Positions 1 to 13,972 of a DNA stretch of 64,000 bases are shown here, piece after piece. How positions within the stretch are numbered: position 1 is the first letter of the stretch; the number at the start of each line of letters is the position of its first letter. Source of the stretch: Camelus dromedarius (lineage: Eukaryota); contig NC_087436.1 in NCBI RefSeq assembly GCF_036321535.1, positions 19,408,001 to 19,472,000 of the forward strand, given 5' to 3'. The translations under genes were made by a program, and so were the position numbers. Under the pieces are notes generated by a model. That model was given only the letters and a program-made list of their open reading frames with translations. It was not told the DNA's origin and ran no database searches.

Positions 1-619
1 TTTCCAGCCCAGAGCTATGAGGCTGACCCCCAGAAAGCGAATCCAATAAAGGTCAGATAAGGGTTAGGAGGAAAATTGGTATGTAATGAAAATATCTCTA
101 CATCCCCAGTCAGAGCCCCTGATTTTAAGCAATTCTTGATGCTGTCAGTGCTATGCAATAGCTCTGGTATGTGGAGTGTCTCCTCAAGTTTATTTTAATG
201 GAATTTGACCTGGATTACATGTGAATAAACAAAATGTCATGCAGAATCAACTTTTCAATTATTCATGATGTTATTTATTTGAGAAGGTGGCCCTAAATTC
301 TACATGGTTATGTGTGGAATAATACTCTTTCGGATTTTTTAGTGTTTACTTGCTTTTTCTTCCCCAGTGTGATCTTATTTTATCTTTAAGGTTACATAAA
401 GGTACAGAAAATATATAACATTGGGTTTTTGTAACGGTCTTGAGAATCTTTCTTAGGAACGCTTTCTGCCTGTTCTTTCCCTGTTGTTAAGAAGTCCCTG
501 ATAACCCAACGTAGTAGTCCCTTGTAATTCATTTTGCTGAGTTCTCTTCTGTTCCATTATTCTAATGCAAGGTCAGTTGTTTCTAATGGTCATTTATCAG
601 GTCAGCTAGTATTTCCTAA

Positions 620-1900
620 CTATATTTTATTTTTTATAATTTTTTTCTGATTATAAAAGTAGTATTTCTCCATTGTAGAAAGATTAGAAATAATAAAAAT
701 AACTGCTGTTAACATTTGTGTGTATTTTAGTTCTTTTTTTCCTAAACGTATTTTTCATATAAAGAATATTTTAAAAATATTTTTAAAATTATATATATAC
801 ACATATAAATTTTATTTTTCTATGCGACATTGTATAATAGTAATTTTTCATGTGATCTAACATTTCATTTAATTTTTCTTTATTTGAAAATAAGATAATT
901 TACATTTTATTTACTTTTGTGAAGATAAATAAAAAAAGTATGAAAGTATATATGATGAGAAATCTTTTCACCCATCTGCTAGATATCCAGCTCTCTTCTC
1001 TGGAGACAACAAATGTTAACAGTTTCTGTGTATCTTTCTGGAGCTATTTATGCAAAATACCTGTGTGTACTCCCCACCCCCATTGCCCCCACCTGTCAAA
1101 CTGTGGTATTTTATACTATTTGTCACCTTACCTTATTTTACTCAAAACACATATCTTGGAGATTGTTTCACATCAGCACATGAAGAACTAACTCCCTATT
1201 TCTTTTTTTATGTTGAAAAATACTCCATTTTATGAATGTGTCGATAGATTTTCCTAGTCTTCTATTGATGGACATTTAGGTAACTTACAAGGTTTTGCTG
1301 TTATAAACATTCTGCAAAGGATAACCTAAAATATGTCATTTCCCACACTTGGGAGTATGTGTGAAGGATTAATTCCTCAAAGCGGAATTGCTCTGTAAGA
1401 TGGTATGTGCAGTGTGAGCTGTGATAGATATTCCGAATGCTGAGAAAGGTGGCAGGTGCTCGGGAAGGATTTACTGACTGAAGGAATGAGTTGCTGGGTT
1501 TTTCTCCCTAGTTTGTGCCAATTGGCACACCTGTTGGTTAGGTAGGGAGAGACCCTGTATTCTGACATCCTCATCCACACAGTTTTAACATGGTTTCTAA
1601 TAGCTCTTAATACTCTCTTTATTCCTTCAGTTATTTAGTTATTCTCCCACTTTTGGACATGTAAGTTATTTCCAGATGTTACTATATAGATAATGGCTGT
1701 GGTATCAGTGCTGTATATAAATGCTTATAACCACTTTTTATATCCTTGGGATAAATGCCTAGACATAAAATTTGGGGGTCCAAGAATATGAATTGTATTA
1801 TAGTCCTTAATACATCTTCCCAAATTACTATTCAGAAAAGTTATACTGTTTTATATTCCTGTGAGAAGTGTATGCAAATGCATTCTGGCTAATCATTTTA
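620..1900 (-). mobile_element. Old L1 (L1ME-like) 3' fragments
   Basis: Typical antisense L1 3' motifs: ctattgatggacatttaggt...ttttgctgttataaaca; ttttggacatgtaagttatttccag; ccttgggataaatgcctag. Boundaries approximate. Confidence 0.6.
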
Positions 1901-2689
1901 TGTTAATTTTTTAAAGATAAAAAAAATCCACTAATATTGGCTTGATATTTATAGAATGCCTCTGAGTATATTGGAGTGGGATTTGGTTTCAGGACTGCTG
2001 AGAATTGTTGGAACTTGCTGTTGCTCAAGTTTTCTCTGGGGTGAAACTTCTGATTCAGTGTCAGGATGGCTCTTCTTTTTTTTTTTTTTTTTTTTTTTGG
2101 CTCTAATCCATGGACCTATTTGTGGATTCTGGTCTGCCCAGTGCTTCCCAGTTGCCCTGCAGTAGACCCAGATTGCCAGATGTTCCGTAGATGCTGTTAG
2201 GGACCCATTGTGACCAAACTGGGACCGCTGTGTGTCTTCACACAGAGATGAATAGTAGGAGCTGAGGAGACAGGTCGCAGAAAGTGGTGATCAGTGAATA
2301 AGTCTGCATTAACCTACTGCTTATTAAACTATAAACTGGTGCTCATGACTGACGTGAACTAGGGGCTTGTGGGGGAAGCAGACACCAAAGGGTTGTGTTA
2401 ACAACCAGTGAACCTCTGGCATCTTTGACTGTGCTTTACTGACTGCCTGCATGTTTTATGTCAGTTTTCTACCACTTCCTGGATTTCTTTTCTTTCCACT
2501 GAATAACCCCATAACTCTAAGAAATTCAAAGGCAGATGCTTGTTAGTTTATTCATATTTACTGGCGTATCCTTTTTTAGTTCTGAGACTCATATGTGCCT
2601 GGTTTGTTGTGTTTCACGCTAATCTTTTCCCTCCTGGGGCAGCGATGTGAGCTGGTGGAAGAAGCAGGCAGGCACAGATTTGAAAGCAT

Positions 2690-2860
2690 GCCAGAAAGGG
2701 CGCTGACTCTGAGCATCACTGTCAACCTCAATTTCCTCGTCAGTAAAATGGGGATAATAATATCTTCCTAATGGGGTGGTTGTAAGAATTAAATGAGATA
2801 ACATCCATAAAGTGGCAAGCTAAGAGCGTAGCATAGAGCTGCTATTCAGTAAGTGTTAAT
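2690..2860 (+). mobile_element. MIR SINE
   Basis: MIR core cctcaatttcctcgtcagtaaaatggggataataa...gttgtaagaattaaatgagataa. Confidence 0.85.
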
Positions 2861-3335
2861 AAAGAAAACTAGTGAGTGGATGCTGGGGGAAAAGCCATTT
2901 TGAGTTGGAGAATATCACTGGGGAAAACATTTTTAAAAATTATGATTTGTGTGCAGATTTAGTAACATCTTGTTAGACTGAACCCTTCCTAAGTCTGGTG
3001 TAATGAATAGAGGTTGATTATCATATTTAATTAAAATACTAGTTCCTGCTAATTTTTAAACAAGAATTTGTCTTAGGGAGTTAAACATACACGTTTGTTT
3101 ACAGTGTCAACAATTCTGAAATTTATACTAGTGTAAAGGGAGTTAGCTCAGTCCTGGTCCAGAATTTTACAAACCTGAATTGTGGGAGTATATTGTATTT
3201 GAATGAAATTAGAATGTTTCAGAAATTTTGTATAAAATGATTTATAATTATCATGAGTAACTTTTTTTCTTGAAGTCTGTTTCTTATGCAAATGCTTATA
3301 GATAAGAATTTCAGCTATGAAATAACTCCAAATTA

Positions 3336-3652
<317 letters not shown>

Positions 3653-4269
3653 TAAATATTTTGAAGGGTCCACTTTCATTGGGGCATCTTTAGTGACATA
3701 GTTTCTGTGGCGACTGTATACAAAAGTGCTTATATGTGATACAAGGAAATAAAGACATTTTTAACTTTATTATTAATCTTTAAAATGATAATGTTTCATC
3801 AAGGAAGTTTATTAAAGAATTTTTAACAGTATCTTAAAATATACCCTCTTGCCTAATCTTAAGGTTTTAGGAGTGACAATTTTCTGTTGGGAGAAAAATG
3901 GAAGGTACTAGAGAATATAAGATCTGTGTGCATGTGTGTAATGTAGGCTGTCAATTGGGCGCTTTAACTTTTGCATCCTATACCTTTACCAAATGTATGC
4001 AGATACTAGCTGACTATAATATGTGCTTTTAAAATGTATAGGAAAGAAAAAATACATAGAAGGGACAAACATTTAGTTTTTCCCTTGTTCTGTTTTATGT
4101 TTGATAGGATAATTGAATTAACAGTAGATTTTTATTAGAATCTTTTCTCCAACTAAAAATGTTGCCATGTTTGTTAAAAGGATTGAATGGTTTTAAAAAA
4201 TTATTTTGAAGTAGTTTAAAACTAACCACATTTTGGCATTATAGGAGAACAGCTAGAAACACTGAACTT

Positions 4270-4425
4270 AAAGCCTAAAGACTGCATTCTGATCCTGTCC
4301 CTAACTTGCTATGTAACTTGGAGGAGTTGTTTAATAGTCTTGAACCTCAGTTTCCCTGTTTATAAAATGAGGATAATCATACTTTTACTGCCTGCTTACT
4401 AATGATGTTGGGGATATCAACTGAG
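4270..4425 (+). mobile_element. MIR SINE
   Basis: aacttgctatgtaacttgg...cttgaacctcagtttccctgtttataaaatgaggataat. Confidence 0.75.
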
Positions 4426-4429
4426 ACCA

Positions 4430-6760
4430 CTTACTCATTCATTTATTCAAGTCATCTGTTTAATTCCTACTATGTGCCAGGAATTATTATAGATATTGGA
4501 GAAACAACAGTGAACAAACTGGCAAATGCCAGTTAGCTTTGCATGCCAAGGAGACTCTAGGTGTGGCTGTCAATAAACAGGTAGATAGATGATCCAGATA
4601 GAGATAAGTGATGTGAAATAAAACTGTATGATCTGGCTGAAAGGTTGGGAGGGTAGGCTGGTGATTAATTTAGATTGCAGTATTCTGGGGACAGAATGTT
4701 CTAGGCAAAGGAAACAGAGTGTGTAAGGGCTGGGACAAGCCTGCTGTGTTCTAGCACCAGGAAAATGACAGTGATGGCCGCAGCCTGATGATTAGAGGAT
4801 GAATAATATGAGTTGGAGTTGAAGGTAGGCGGGAGCCAGGTCATGCAGAGCCTTGTAGGCTACGGTAAATCATTCAGATTTTATTCTGAGAGCTGCAGGA
4901 AGCTACTGGAGGGATTTAAATGAAAGAGTATGTGGTCTGATTTCTGTTTGCAGATGATTCTTCTAGTTCATGTGTGGAGACTAGATAGGAGAAGGGCCGG
5001 AGAGAAAGCTGAGGCACCAGCTTGGAGGCTAGTGTCGTAAGGTAGCAGTGCAATAGAGAGATGGTGTATAGAGGATATGTTTTGTTTTGTTTTGTTTTAT
5101 TTTTTTTTTTAGGATATATTTTAAATTTAGAGCTCTCAGAACCCATGGGTGGATAGGACGTAGAGAAAGAGAAGAAGAGGGAGGAATCAAGGATGATTTC
5201 TGGATTTGGAGTATGAGTCACTGGGTAATTGGTGGCACCGTTTCCTTAGCTGGAGAAAAATAGGTTAGGATGAGGTGGGGGAAATCAAGAGTGCTGTTTT
5301 GGCCAGATTGAGTTGGAGAGAATGAACATAAAATTTCACCAGAAAGCATGAAATGCCACATAAATATGATGACATCATTGTAGAGCAACAATGTATGACG
5401 TGTCTTAAGAGCTGGTATTTACTGAGTATCTGCCCCATATGGAGCACTCAGGAAATAGGAAGATATTAACTCATTTTCCTTGTATTCAGGGAACTTCCAA
5501 TTTAGTTGGATGTGTATAGCAACCAATCAAAATGGGGCAGCGTGTGATTTGTTAGATGTGTGTTGTGATCAGTTAAAAGGTAAGAGATTCAGCAGGGGTT
5601 GTGTACTCCTAAAGCAGAAAATTAAAAAATGAGGCATTAGTGCGAGACAAAGATAAAAAACTTCCTAAAAAGGCCAGAGTTGCAGAAGATCGGAACTATT
5701 GGGTTGATGAGTTTGGGTTTGAATCTGTAGATAATGGAGGGTTCTTAAATGTGCTAAGCAAGAAGATGATATGCTAAAAAGTGGTCATTAAGGAAGATTA
5801 TCTGGTAGCATTATATTGAGTATAGAGTAGAGCTTGTAATCTCAGTATGCTGAAAAGCACACAGATCTCACCTCAGGATATTAAACTTAAAAGAGCACAA
5901 AAGTAGACGACTTCACTTACTTTTTCTCCCTTCCCCTCCTCAGTTTGAGAATACACACTTAGTATGCTAGCTTGTGGGAGCTGCAGACTCCTACATTAGG
6001 ATTCTGTTTAAGTCACCGAAATAAATTCTGAGCACATACTTTTTACCTTGATGTGTTAAAGGGAAGGAGCGAAGGTATAGAGACCATTCAGGAGGTGTTT
6101 GGAAATGTCTAGACTTGGGTGAAAAACATCTGAAGAGGGATGATGGCCACAGTCATGGAAAAGCATGGAAAGTTGGTTGTGGTGGTTGATTGGTTTATGA
6201 GGAGTAGGTGAAGCCACACTGAACTCCAAAGTTTCAAACTGCACCATTAGGGGAAAAAATGTCCCATTGATAGAAGTAGGTTAATTGAGAGGCAAAATGG
6301 ATTTTTTAGAAAATATATAAATTCAAAATTAGATGTATTTAATGTGAAGCTGTAGTCATAGGCAGCTACACATTTGGGAATGGCGGTTAGGGCTAGAGAT
6401 GTTAATTTGTAAGTATTCTGATAGATTCAGATTGGAAAATAAGATTGAGAAGAAGACAGGAGTAGCCAGCAAAAAACTAGAATGGCCTGGTTTAAAAGAC
6501 AGGAGATAAATTAGAATGACGACATGTTATGGCAAACAAGAAAACAGTGCTTTGAGAAGCAGATGGGTCAGGGGAATGAATATAGGGAAAAGGATGTTGG
6601 ATTTGGTGATTAGGAGATCACTGGTCACTTATAAGTTTGCTGCTTTTACTAGAAGGGGTGTAGTCAGATTCCAGGGGAGTAAAGGAGGATGAGCTGTAAT
6701 GTCATGGAGGTGGGGCACAAGAATGAGCCATGATGAAAAAAGTCGGATTACATCTTGAGG
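4430..6760 (-). mobile_element. L2 LINE fragments
   Basis: Antisense L2 3' end (ctcattcatttattca...ctactatgtgccagg), then L2 body motifs (ccaggtcatgcagagccttgtaggc, ggaatcaaggatgatttc, ggatttggtgattaggagatcactggtcac). Discontinuous, boundaries approximate. Confidence 0.7.
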
Positions 6761-7109
6761 AGGCAACAGTACTAATTTCGAGGTTAGTTACCTACATTTG
6801 TTTGTTGAATGTTCTGCCTCCTTGAAGTCAGGAATGACATCTTGTTCTTTTCTTTATACCCTTGTGTAGTATCCTCCCTATAGAAAGCATATGTATTCAG
6901 TGTATAGGTTAGTGATTTTTTTTCAATGTGTAGGTTAGAGAGAACGCTCCTTTGTACGTAGAAGGGAAGGGACCAGAAATGAGGGAAAGACTGAAAACGC
7001 TAGAAGGGTAGAAAATACCTAAGAGGACCTGTTCCTGGTATTGGTGGTAGGGAAGAGAGAAGGCAGGGAGGCTGGAGGAGGTGGCCTCAGTCAGTCTTTG
7101 CCCTTGGAT

Positions 7110-7295
7110 TCCAGAATAAACGTTTAACCCTAAATAGGTGGCTTTGTGAGTTCAGTCATATTATTGAACTCCTTTCTTTAGTTTTCAGAAAAATGAGAAT
7201 AATAATAGTATTTATCTTAAAGACTTGTAAAGAATAAATGAGTGAAGTGTCTAGGACAGTGTCTACAACAAATGATAAATACTCAGTGAGTATTA
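7110..7295 (+). mobile_element. MIR SINE (diverged)
   Basis: aaaaatgagaataataatagtatttatcttaaagacttgtaaagaataaatgag...tactcagtgagtattag. Confidence 0.65.
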
Positions 7296-8386
7296 GTGCT
7301 GTTGATGGTGAGATGACAAGGAAGGCTCTGAGACTGGGAATTCATAATTGGACAGACTGCTTTACAGATCACTTGGGAAAATCAACCTTAAAAGAAGATC
7401 ATATTGAAGTGAACTAAGCTGGAAATTCCATTTAAGGTTTTTTTCTTAAGTTGTCAGTCAAGGTTAATTAAAACTTTTGAGAACTAATATAAATTCATTG
7501 CATGAATATTAGACAATACATTATTACAAAATTGAATAAAAATCACTTGTGAGCCTACATTCAAAATACTAGCCAGATACTCTGTGTCCTTGAGTCCTGT
7601 GTGAAAACTTTCCACTTTAGCTAGGTCAGCCACTCACTGTCCCTAGAATGTATAAATGTCGAGTAAGGTGTTTATACTGTAAATACTTGGATTTACTATT
7701 CATAATTTCATTTGCTTATCATGCAATGTATTTTATATTCTAAACTAAGAGTATAGACTCCTTGTCATGATCTGGGGAGCATACACATAATTTAATAAAA
7801 ATCAAATTTAGAATTTACTACAGGTTCTGAATCCAAGTTGTGTATAATTGTGTCATGCCTATTTTTATAATGATACTACAGCAAGACGAAAATGTCTCCT
7901 ATGAGATGCAAGTTTGAGAATTGCTGTTTCACTGAAAGGAATCAGCAAATACAAGCTTGTGATTTGTTAAATACTCTTGAACTTTGGAAGAGGTTTTAAA
8001 GTTTTAATTTTCCAAAAGCCTTCCTACAAAAAAAAAAAAGGAAGGGAAAGATACTTGATAATAACTAAGATTATATCTGCTCCCCAAATGATTTACCATT
8101 TTGATTATCTTTCAATGACCACATTCACTGTAACTTGATTGTTTTTTGAATTGTACGAGTGTTTAAGTAATTTGAAAAATGAAAACACCCAGGCCCATGG
8201 AATGGAGTGAGAACTTCCCCGCACATTTGCATTATCTGCTAAGCCATGTTGCCTCAACAGAATTGTCTCATCTCAACAAGCGTGTGCGTCAATAAACAGA
8301 CTCCTGTTTACAGTTACTCAGCTCTGCTCTTTTAGAATGAATGTAGCAAAAACTATTTATAACTGAAAAAAAAACCCTGCTTATAA

Positions 8387-8662
<276 letters not shown>

Positions 8663-9326
8663 TGATAGAAGTGGGTGGACTCATGTATTAGGATGATGCT
8701 AAAACTGATGATAATGAGTGGAATTTAGGATTTCAAAGAGAAGAGCAAGGGAGGTAAAATGAATAGAGATGATGATTTTTCTATCTCAGTGGGAAATTAG
8801 GAGACAGAGGACAAGGAATCCAAAGAAAAGGACTTTTACATCCAAGACACATGAACTGAGAGGACACCCGCTATGGCCATTCCTTTGTTCTTAAAAGAAT
8901 TTAGGGCAGACTACGTTCATGGAAAAAGAGTCAGTATAAGTTTAATGGCAAGTGATCTTCAAGTGATAAAAAAAGGAGAAATGAGGCCAGATTTCTAAGA
9001 TAAGTTCAAAGAAATTATCCAACTGCTAGGGGACTGTGGCAAAAGAAAAATGCTTGTGTATTCGAGATAGCGGTTGTCTATTTCAGGAGCTGCTTATAGG
9101 TGGTTCTTGGCCGAAAAGCCCTAAAACTTTGGACTCTGCTTTATAGTAGCTTATTCCTCCTTTTCTACTAATATGCCATCATTCAGAAAAGAATACTGTT
9201 GGATGAGGAAAGATATAAGGCGTTCTGACTGCAATTCATTCTCAGGATTTTGCTTTCTTCACATCTATTTTCATCATCATTCATTTTATTCATTCCAAAA
9301 ATTTTTATTCAGCACCTGCTATGTTC

Positions 9327-10438
9327 TTTTTTAAAAAAGGTTTATTGACATATCATCAACATACAAAAACTGGACAAATTTCAGCAACTTAGCATTTTGA
9401 CACATGTGTGTACCTGTGAAACCATCACCATGATTGAGACAGTGAGCATATCCATAACCCTCAAAAGGTTCCTTGTATGCCTTTGTCATCCCTCTCTGCT
9501 GTCTTAGCGTCCCTCTTCCCCAGGCAACCACTGACCTGTTTTCTGTCACTATCGGTTAGTTTACATTTTCTAAAGTTTTGTATGATAGAATCATGGAGCA
9601 TGTACTCTGTTTTGTTTTTTTTTTCCTTTTCTGTCTTCTTTTACTCAGCATGATTATTTTGAGATTCACCTGTTGTGTGTATCAATAATTCAGTCCTTTT
9701 TATTGCTGAATAGTAGTATCTTGTATGGATTTGCCACAGTTTGATTATCCATTCACTTGTCGGTGGACATTTGGGCAGTTTCCACTTTGGGGCTATGGAC
9801 ATTGTGTACAAATCTCTAAGTGGACATATACTTTCATTTCTCTTGGGAATATGTAGTAGTGGGATGGCTGGATTATCTAATAGGTGTATGTTTTAGGGCC
9901 TTTCAACCAAGGGAAGAATCACCAATAAATACAAATCATCTATAAATAGCTTCTGGAGTGGACCATGCCTATCAATATACAAACACTCTTCTCTTTACCA
10001 CGGGTGTATGTTTAACTTTTTAAGAAATTGCCCAAGTATTTTCCAAAGTGGTTGTACCATTTTACATTTTAAACATCAGCATGTGAGAATTCCAGTGTTC
10101 CACATCGCATGGTTGTGTCATTCTTTTAAATTGTAGCCATTCTGATATGTGCGTAGCAGTATCTCATTGTGTTTTTAATTTAATTTGCATTCCCTAGTGA
10201 CTAGTAATGGTGAGCATGATTATCTTTTCATGTGCTTATTTAGTATCCATGTCTTTCTGGGGAAATGTCTATTAAAATTTTGCTTTTTTAAAAATTGGGT
10301 GTTTTGTTTTGTTACTGATGAACCTTGAGAGTTTTGTATGTACTGGATACAAGCCCTTCATCATATATATATATGCTTTGTAAGTATTTCTCCAAGTCTG
10401 TGGTTTGTCTTCTCATTTTGTTACCAGTGTCTTTTGAA
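9327..10438 (-). mobile_element. L1 3' region (L1MB/MC-like), inserted into an L2
   Basis: Antisense L1 3'UTR and ORF2-end motifs: gaaaccatcacca, ccccaggcaaccactgacctgttttctgtcact, ccattcacttgtcggtggacatttggg, ttttccaaagtggttgtaccattttaca, gtatctcattgtgtttttaattt. Confidence 0.85.
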
Positions 10439-10632
10439 CAGCAGGATGATAGTAGAGGAAATAAAAGGTGGTTGGATTCTGTACATATTTTGAAGGCAAG
10501 GATGTGCTGCTGGATTGGATGTGGGATGTGAGAGAAAGAAAGACTTAAGGGTTTTTGACTGAACAGCTGAAAAGAAGGAGTTTGCTGAGATAGAAAAGAG
10601 GACTACATGAGAGCAGGTTTGGGGGTATTTAG

Positions 10633-11032
10633 TGTCGGTGGGCAAGGCTATACTGTGATAACTAAGAACTCCAAAATCTCAGTGTTTTGTTTAGCATTAA
10701 GGTTTATTGCCTGCTAATGGTACCTGTCCCGTGTGGTTCAGTGGGAGGGTCTTTGCCATCGCTAAGGAAGCCTGGTCGGTGGAGTCTCCATGTCTTGAAG
10801 GTACACCATCTAGATGGAACACAAGGCATTTTCAGTTGCCACAGCAGGGAAAGAGAGAGATTGGGGAATCACAAGTGTGCTTTTTGTTGTCCAGCCCAGA
10901 AGTGATACCTGGCACTTCTGCTCACATTAAATTGGCCACAGCAGGTTGTGTGGCCTCACCATGTGTTGTCATTCATGTGCCCTGAGGGAGAGGAGACCTG
11001 GACATTGACAAACACTTGTAATGTCAGCCATA
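10633..11032 (-). mobile_element. MLT1-type (ERVL-MaLR) solo LTR
   Basis: ccaaaatctcagtg...aaggtttatt; cacttctgctcacattaaattggccacagc...gtggcctcacc, typical of antisense MLT1. Confidence 0.7.
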
Positions 11033-12080
11033 TTGATAAGATCAAGAGTTTCTGTTTTTTTTTTTTTTTTTTTTTTTTTGACATGTTAAGATGCCTACTA
11101 CACATCCAAATGAAAATGTAAGCAAGCAGTTAGAGATACAGGGTTGAGAGTTCAGGGAGTGGCCTGAGACATAATTTAGAGAGTCATCAGTGAATAAATG
11201 GTGTTTAAAGCCAAGATTGGGTGAGATTCCTTAGGGAAAGAGCAGAGATAGAAAAGAGAAAAAGAGAAGAGTTTCAAGGACTGAGCCCTGGGATCCTCCA
11301 CCATTAAGAGGTCAAGACACAGGAGTAACCAGGAAAGGCAATAGAGAGAACATAATTAATGAGACTGAGGGAAAAACAAGAGAGCATAGTATTCTGGAAC
11401 CCAGGTGAAGAAGGTGTTTCAGGGAAGAGGGTGTGGTGAGCTGTGTCAGATTCTGCAGATATGAGTTGTGTAAGATGACTTCTGAGAATTGACATTGCAT
11501 TAAGCTATATGAAGGTTACTGGTAACCCTGACGAGAGTGGTTTTGGTGGAACATAAGAGCAAAAGCTTGTTTGGAGTGAGTTCAAGGAAAACAGGGAGAG
11601 AGGAATTAGAGACAAGAAATATAGACCACTGTTTTGAAGTCCTTTGTGATAAAAGGGAGTAGAGAAATGGGGCTATCGTTAGAGAGAAATATGGGGTCAA
11701 GGTTTTTTTTTAATGCAGAAATGACAGCATGTTTCCATTATGATGGGAATCATGCAGTAGAGAGGGAGCTGTGGATTTAAGAGAGAGTGCTGGAGTCATT
11801 TGTTTGATCAAGTGGAAGGGAATGATAACGGGTTGTGTGAGCTTCAGTAGGAGCTGGGACTATTTATTCATAATAACGGGAGGGAAGGCCGAGTGTGTGG
11901 AAATAGGTCCATGTAGATGGGTCGAAGGGACACACATGGGAACTTTCTTCTGAAGATTTTATTTTTCTCAGTAGCTGAAAGCGATGAGGGGTTAGGTGCT
12001 TCATGTTTGAGATGAGAGGAGAGAATGTGGAATTGGCATCCAGCTGAGGAGAGTGAGTCACCTGGAGAGTGTGGTAGCGT

Positions 12081-12728
12081 TGATACAGGAAAAGGGGGCA
12101 CGAGAGAATGGCCACGTCCCAGGTCTTGGTTGAGTCCCTGGGACACGCCCCCCCAAGTGAGGGTCTTTGGCTTCGCGCAGGAAAGAATTCAAGAGCGAGC
12201 CATGGTAGAGTAAAAGCAGGTTTATTCAGAGAGATGGACACTCCACAGACTCAGCATAGGCCATCTCAGAAGGCCAGAGAGGTCGTGAGGCGTGGCGCGG
12301 GTGTTTAGTTTAAAGTAAAATAGATACACGCTCCATAGACACGATGTAGTCTGTCTCAGAAGGGGAAGTGGCCACGAGGTGTGGGGGTTGTTAGTTTTTA
12401 TGGGCTTGGTTGTTTCATATGCTAGCCAGTGGGAGGATTATTCCAGCTACTTTGGGGAAGGGGCTGGGATTCCCATGAATCGGGCCACCACCCACTTTTT
12501 GACCTTTGATGATTAGCCTCAGAACTGTCATGGCACCTGAGGGAATGCTATTTACCCTGCTAATATATTACAGTGAACGTATAATGAAGCTCAAGGCCTA
12601 CTGCAAGTCAAGTGTCCCACCATCTTGGGGTTCAAAGTCTACTGGGAGTTGAATTTTCTGCCATCTTGGTGCTAATTGCTGTGTCATTCCTTTAGTGGCT
12701 GTGCCCTGCCCCCTTCCTTCCTGTCTCA
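12081..12728 (-). mobile_element. ERV1-class solo LTR (648 bp)
   Basis: Termini TGATACAGGAA...TTCCTGTCTCA (TG...CA inverted ends). 4-bp TSD GCGT/GCAT. Minus-strand AATAAA (tttatt at 12221-12226) followed by gctcttgaattctttcctgcgcgaagccaaagaccc, typical of MER41/LTR8-like R-U5. Confidence 0.88.
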
Positions 12729-13928
12729 GCATTGTCAGGCAGTACCAAGGACCCAGCTACGATCCAGCCATGCATCAAAGTGAAGCCAGGCGTCACGGGT
12801 GTGTGTTTTCTCTCTTTTTTCTCTGCTGAATTTAGCTTCTCGGTGTAGGAATGGAATTGTCAGATAGTTGGATTTAACCAGTGTTTCATTATGTCAAGTA
12901 ATTATTTCAGTGGCCGCATTATTAGTGAGATAGAGAAGTTATCAGAGTTTTGGATTAGTGCCTGCTACGATTATCTTTCTATTGCCTTGAAAGAATTTGA
13001 GGAAAGAGTCTCTTTTGGTATATATGAGAGTAGTGTTGATTTGTTTAAAGGTGTCATTTCTTTCTTTCTTTCTGATGTGAGTCCCTTAAAACCCTTCTTG
13101 TTCTCAAATGACTTTTGGCAGAAGTTCAAAGGTCACTCATTTTCTTGACAGTAACATGTAGCATTTGAAAGTGTATCTACATGTTCATTCCCCAGTAGAT
13201 ATTTAAATGATTTTCATTAATGTTGCATGTTAACAATGTTGAATTTGTGAACATCTTTTTTGTTTTCTAACATCATTGGTCTAGTTCTTCAAGGGCTTAT
13301 ATTGTGCAACTTCATAACTGTCAAGCATTTTTGTAGTCCTGAGGAGTAAGATTCAGTTTTTTCATAAATATTGAAAATGGAGCTTCAGAAATGAAGCTTG
13401 CAAAGTCCAGTTTGGTCATATCTTCTAATGGGAAGTGAATAGGCTATTTTGTATTTATGTCAGATTATGGACAAAAATGCTCTGCAAGTAAAGATATTAG
13501 ATTTTAAGTTTCGTGTTTTTCTAAAATAATAATTTAACTGAATATAGGTTTTTGTTGAAGTTAATGTAAAAGGGAAGACTGATCTTTTGGATAATATATT
13601 AGAAAAATCTAATCTAAGGATAGAAAGTGAATTTTTTGGTGCATGTAAATGAAAAAGTCCAAGAGCTGAGTCCAGTGACAGGTGCCATTGGGTGAAGGTT
13701 TCGATCCTGCTTCTCTGTGATTCTCTGTGCTGCCTTGACACATGGCTGTTTACCCACATGGGTTTCAACGTGGCGGGGAGTGGGCGTGGAGGATTGCTGG
13801 GGCTCATTGTCACGTTGTGCTGTCCTTCCCAACTGGCTGTTCTTTGTGGTATTTGGGACATGTCAAAAACACCTTTTTCCTTCCAGATTTTGTGCTATTA
13901 AACTTCTTTACATTGAGTTTATGCTCTC

Positions 13929-13934
<6 letters not shown>

Positions 13935-13970
<36 letters not shown>
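13935..13970. repeat. (TA)n microsatellite
   Basis: Direct reading. Confidence 0.95.

Positions 13971-13972
<2 letters not shown>

Larger units (their letters stand above)
10440..12890 (-). mobile_element. L2 LINE body interrupted by the MLT1 and ERV1 LTRs
   Basis: L2 motifs: ggtggttggattctgtacatattttgaagg, gactgagccctggg, gtaagatgacttctgagaattgac, ggtaaccctgacgagagtggttttggtgga. Resumes after each insertion. Confidence 0.75.

Noticed and set aside
2686..2706. gccagaaagggcgctg as a CTCF site
   Set aside because: Only the 3' half fits the consensus.
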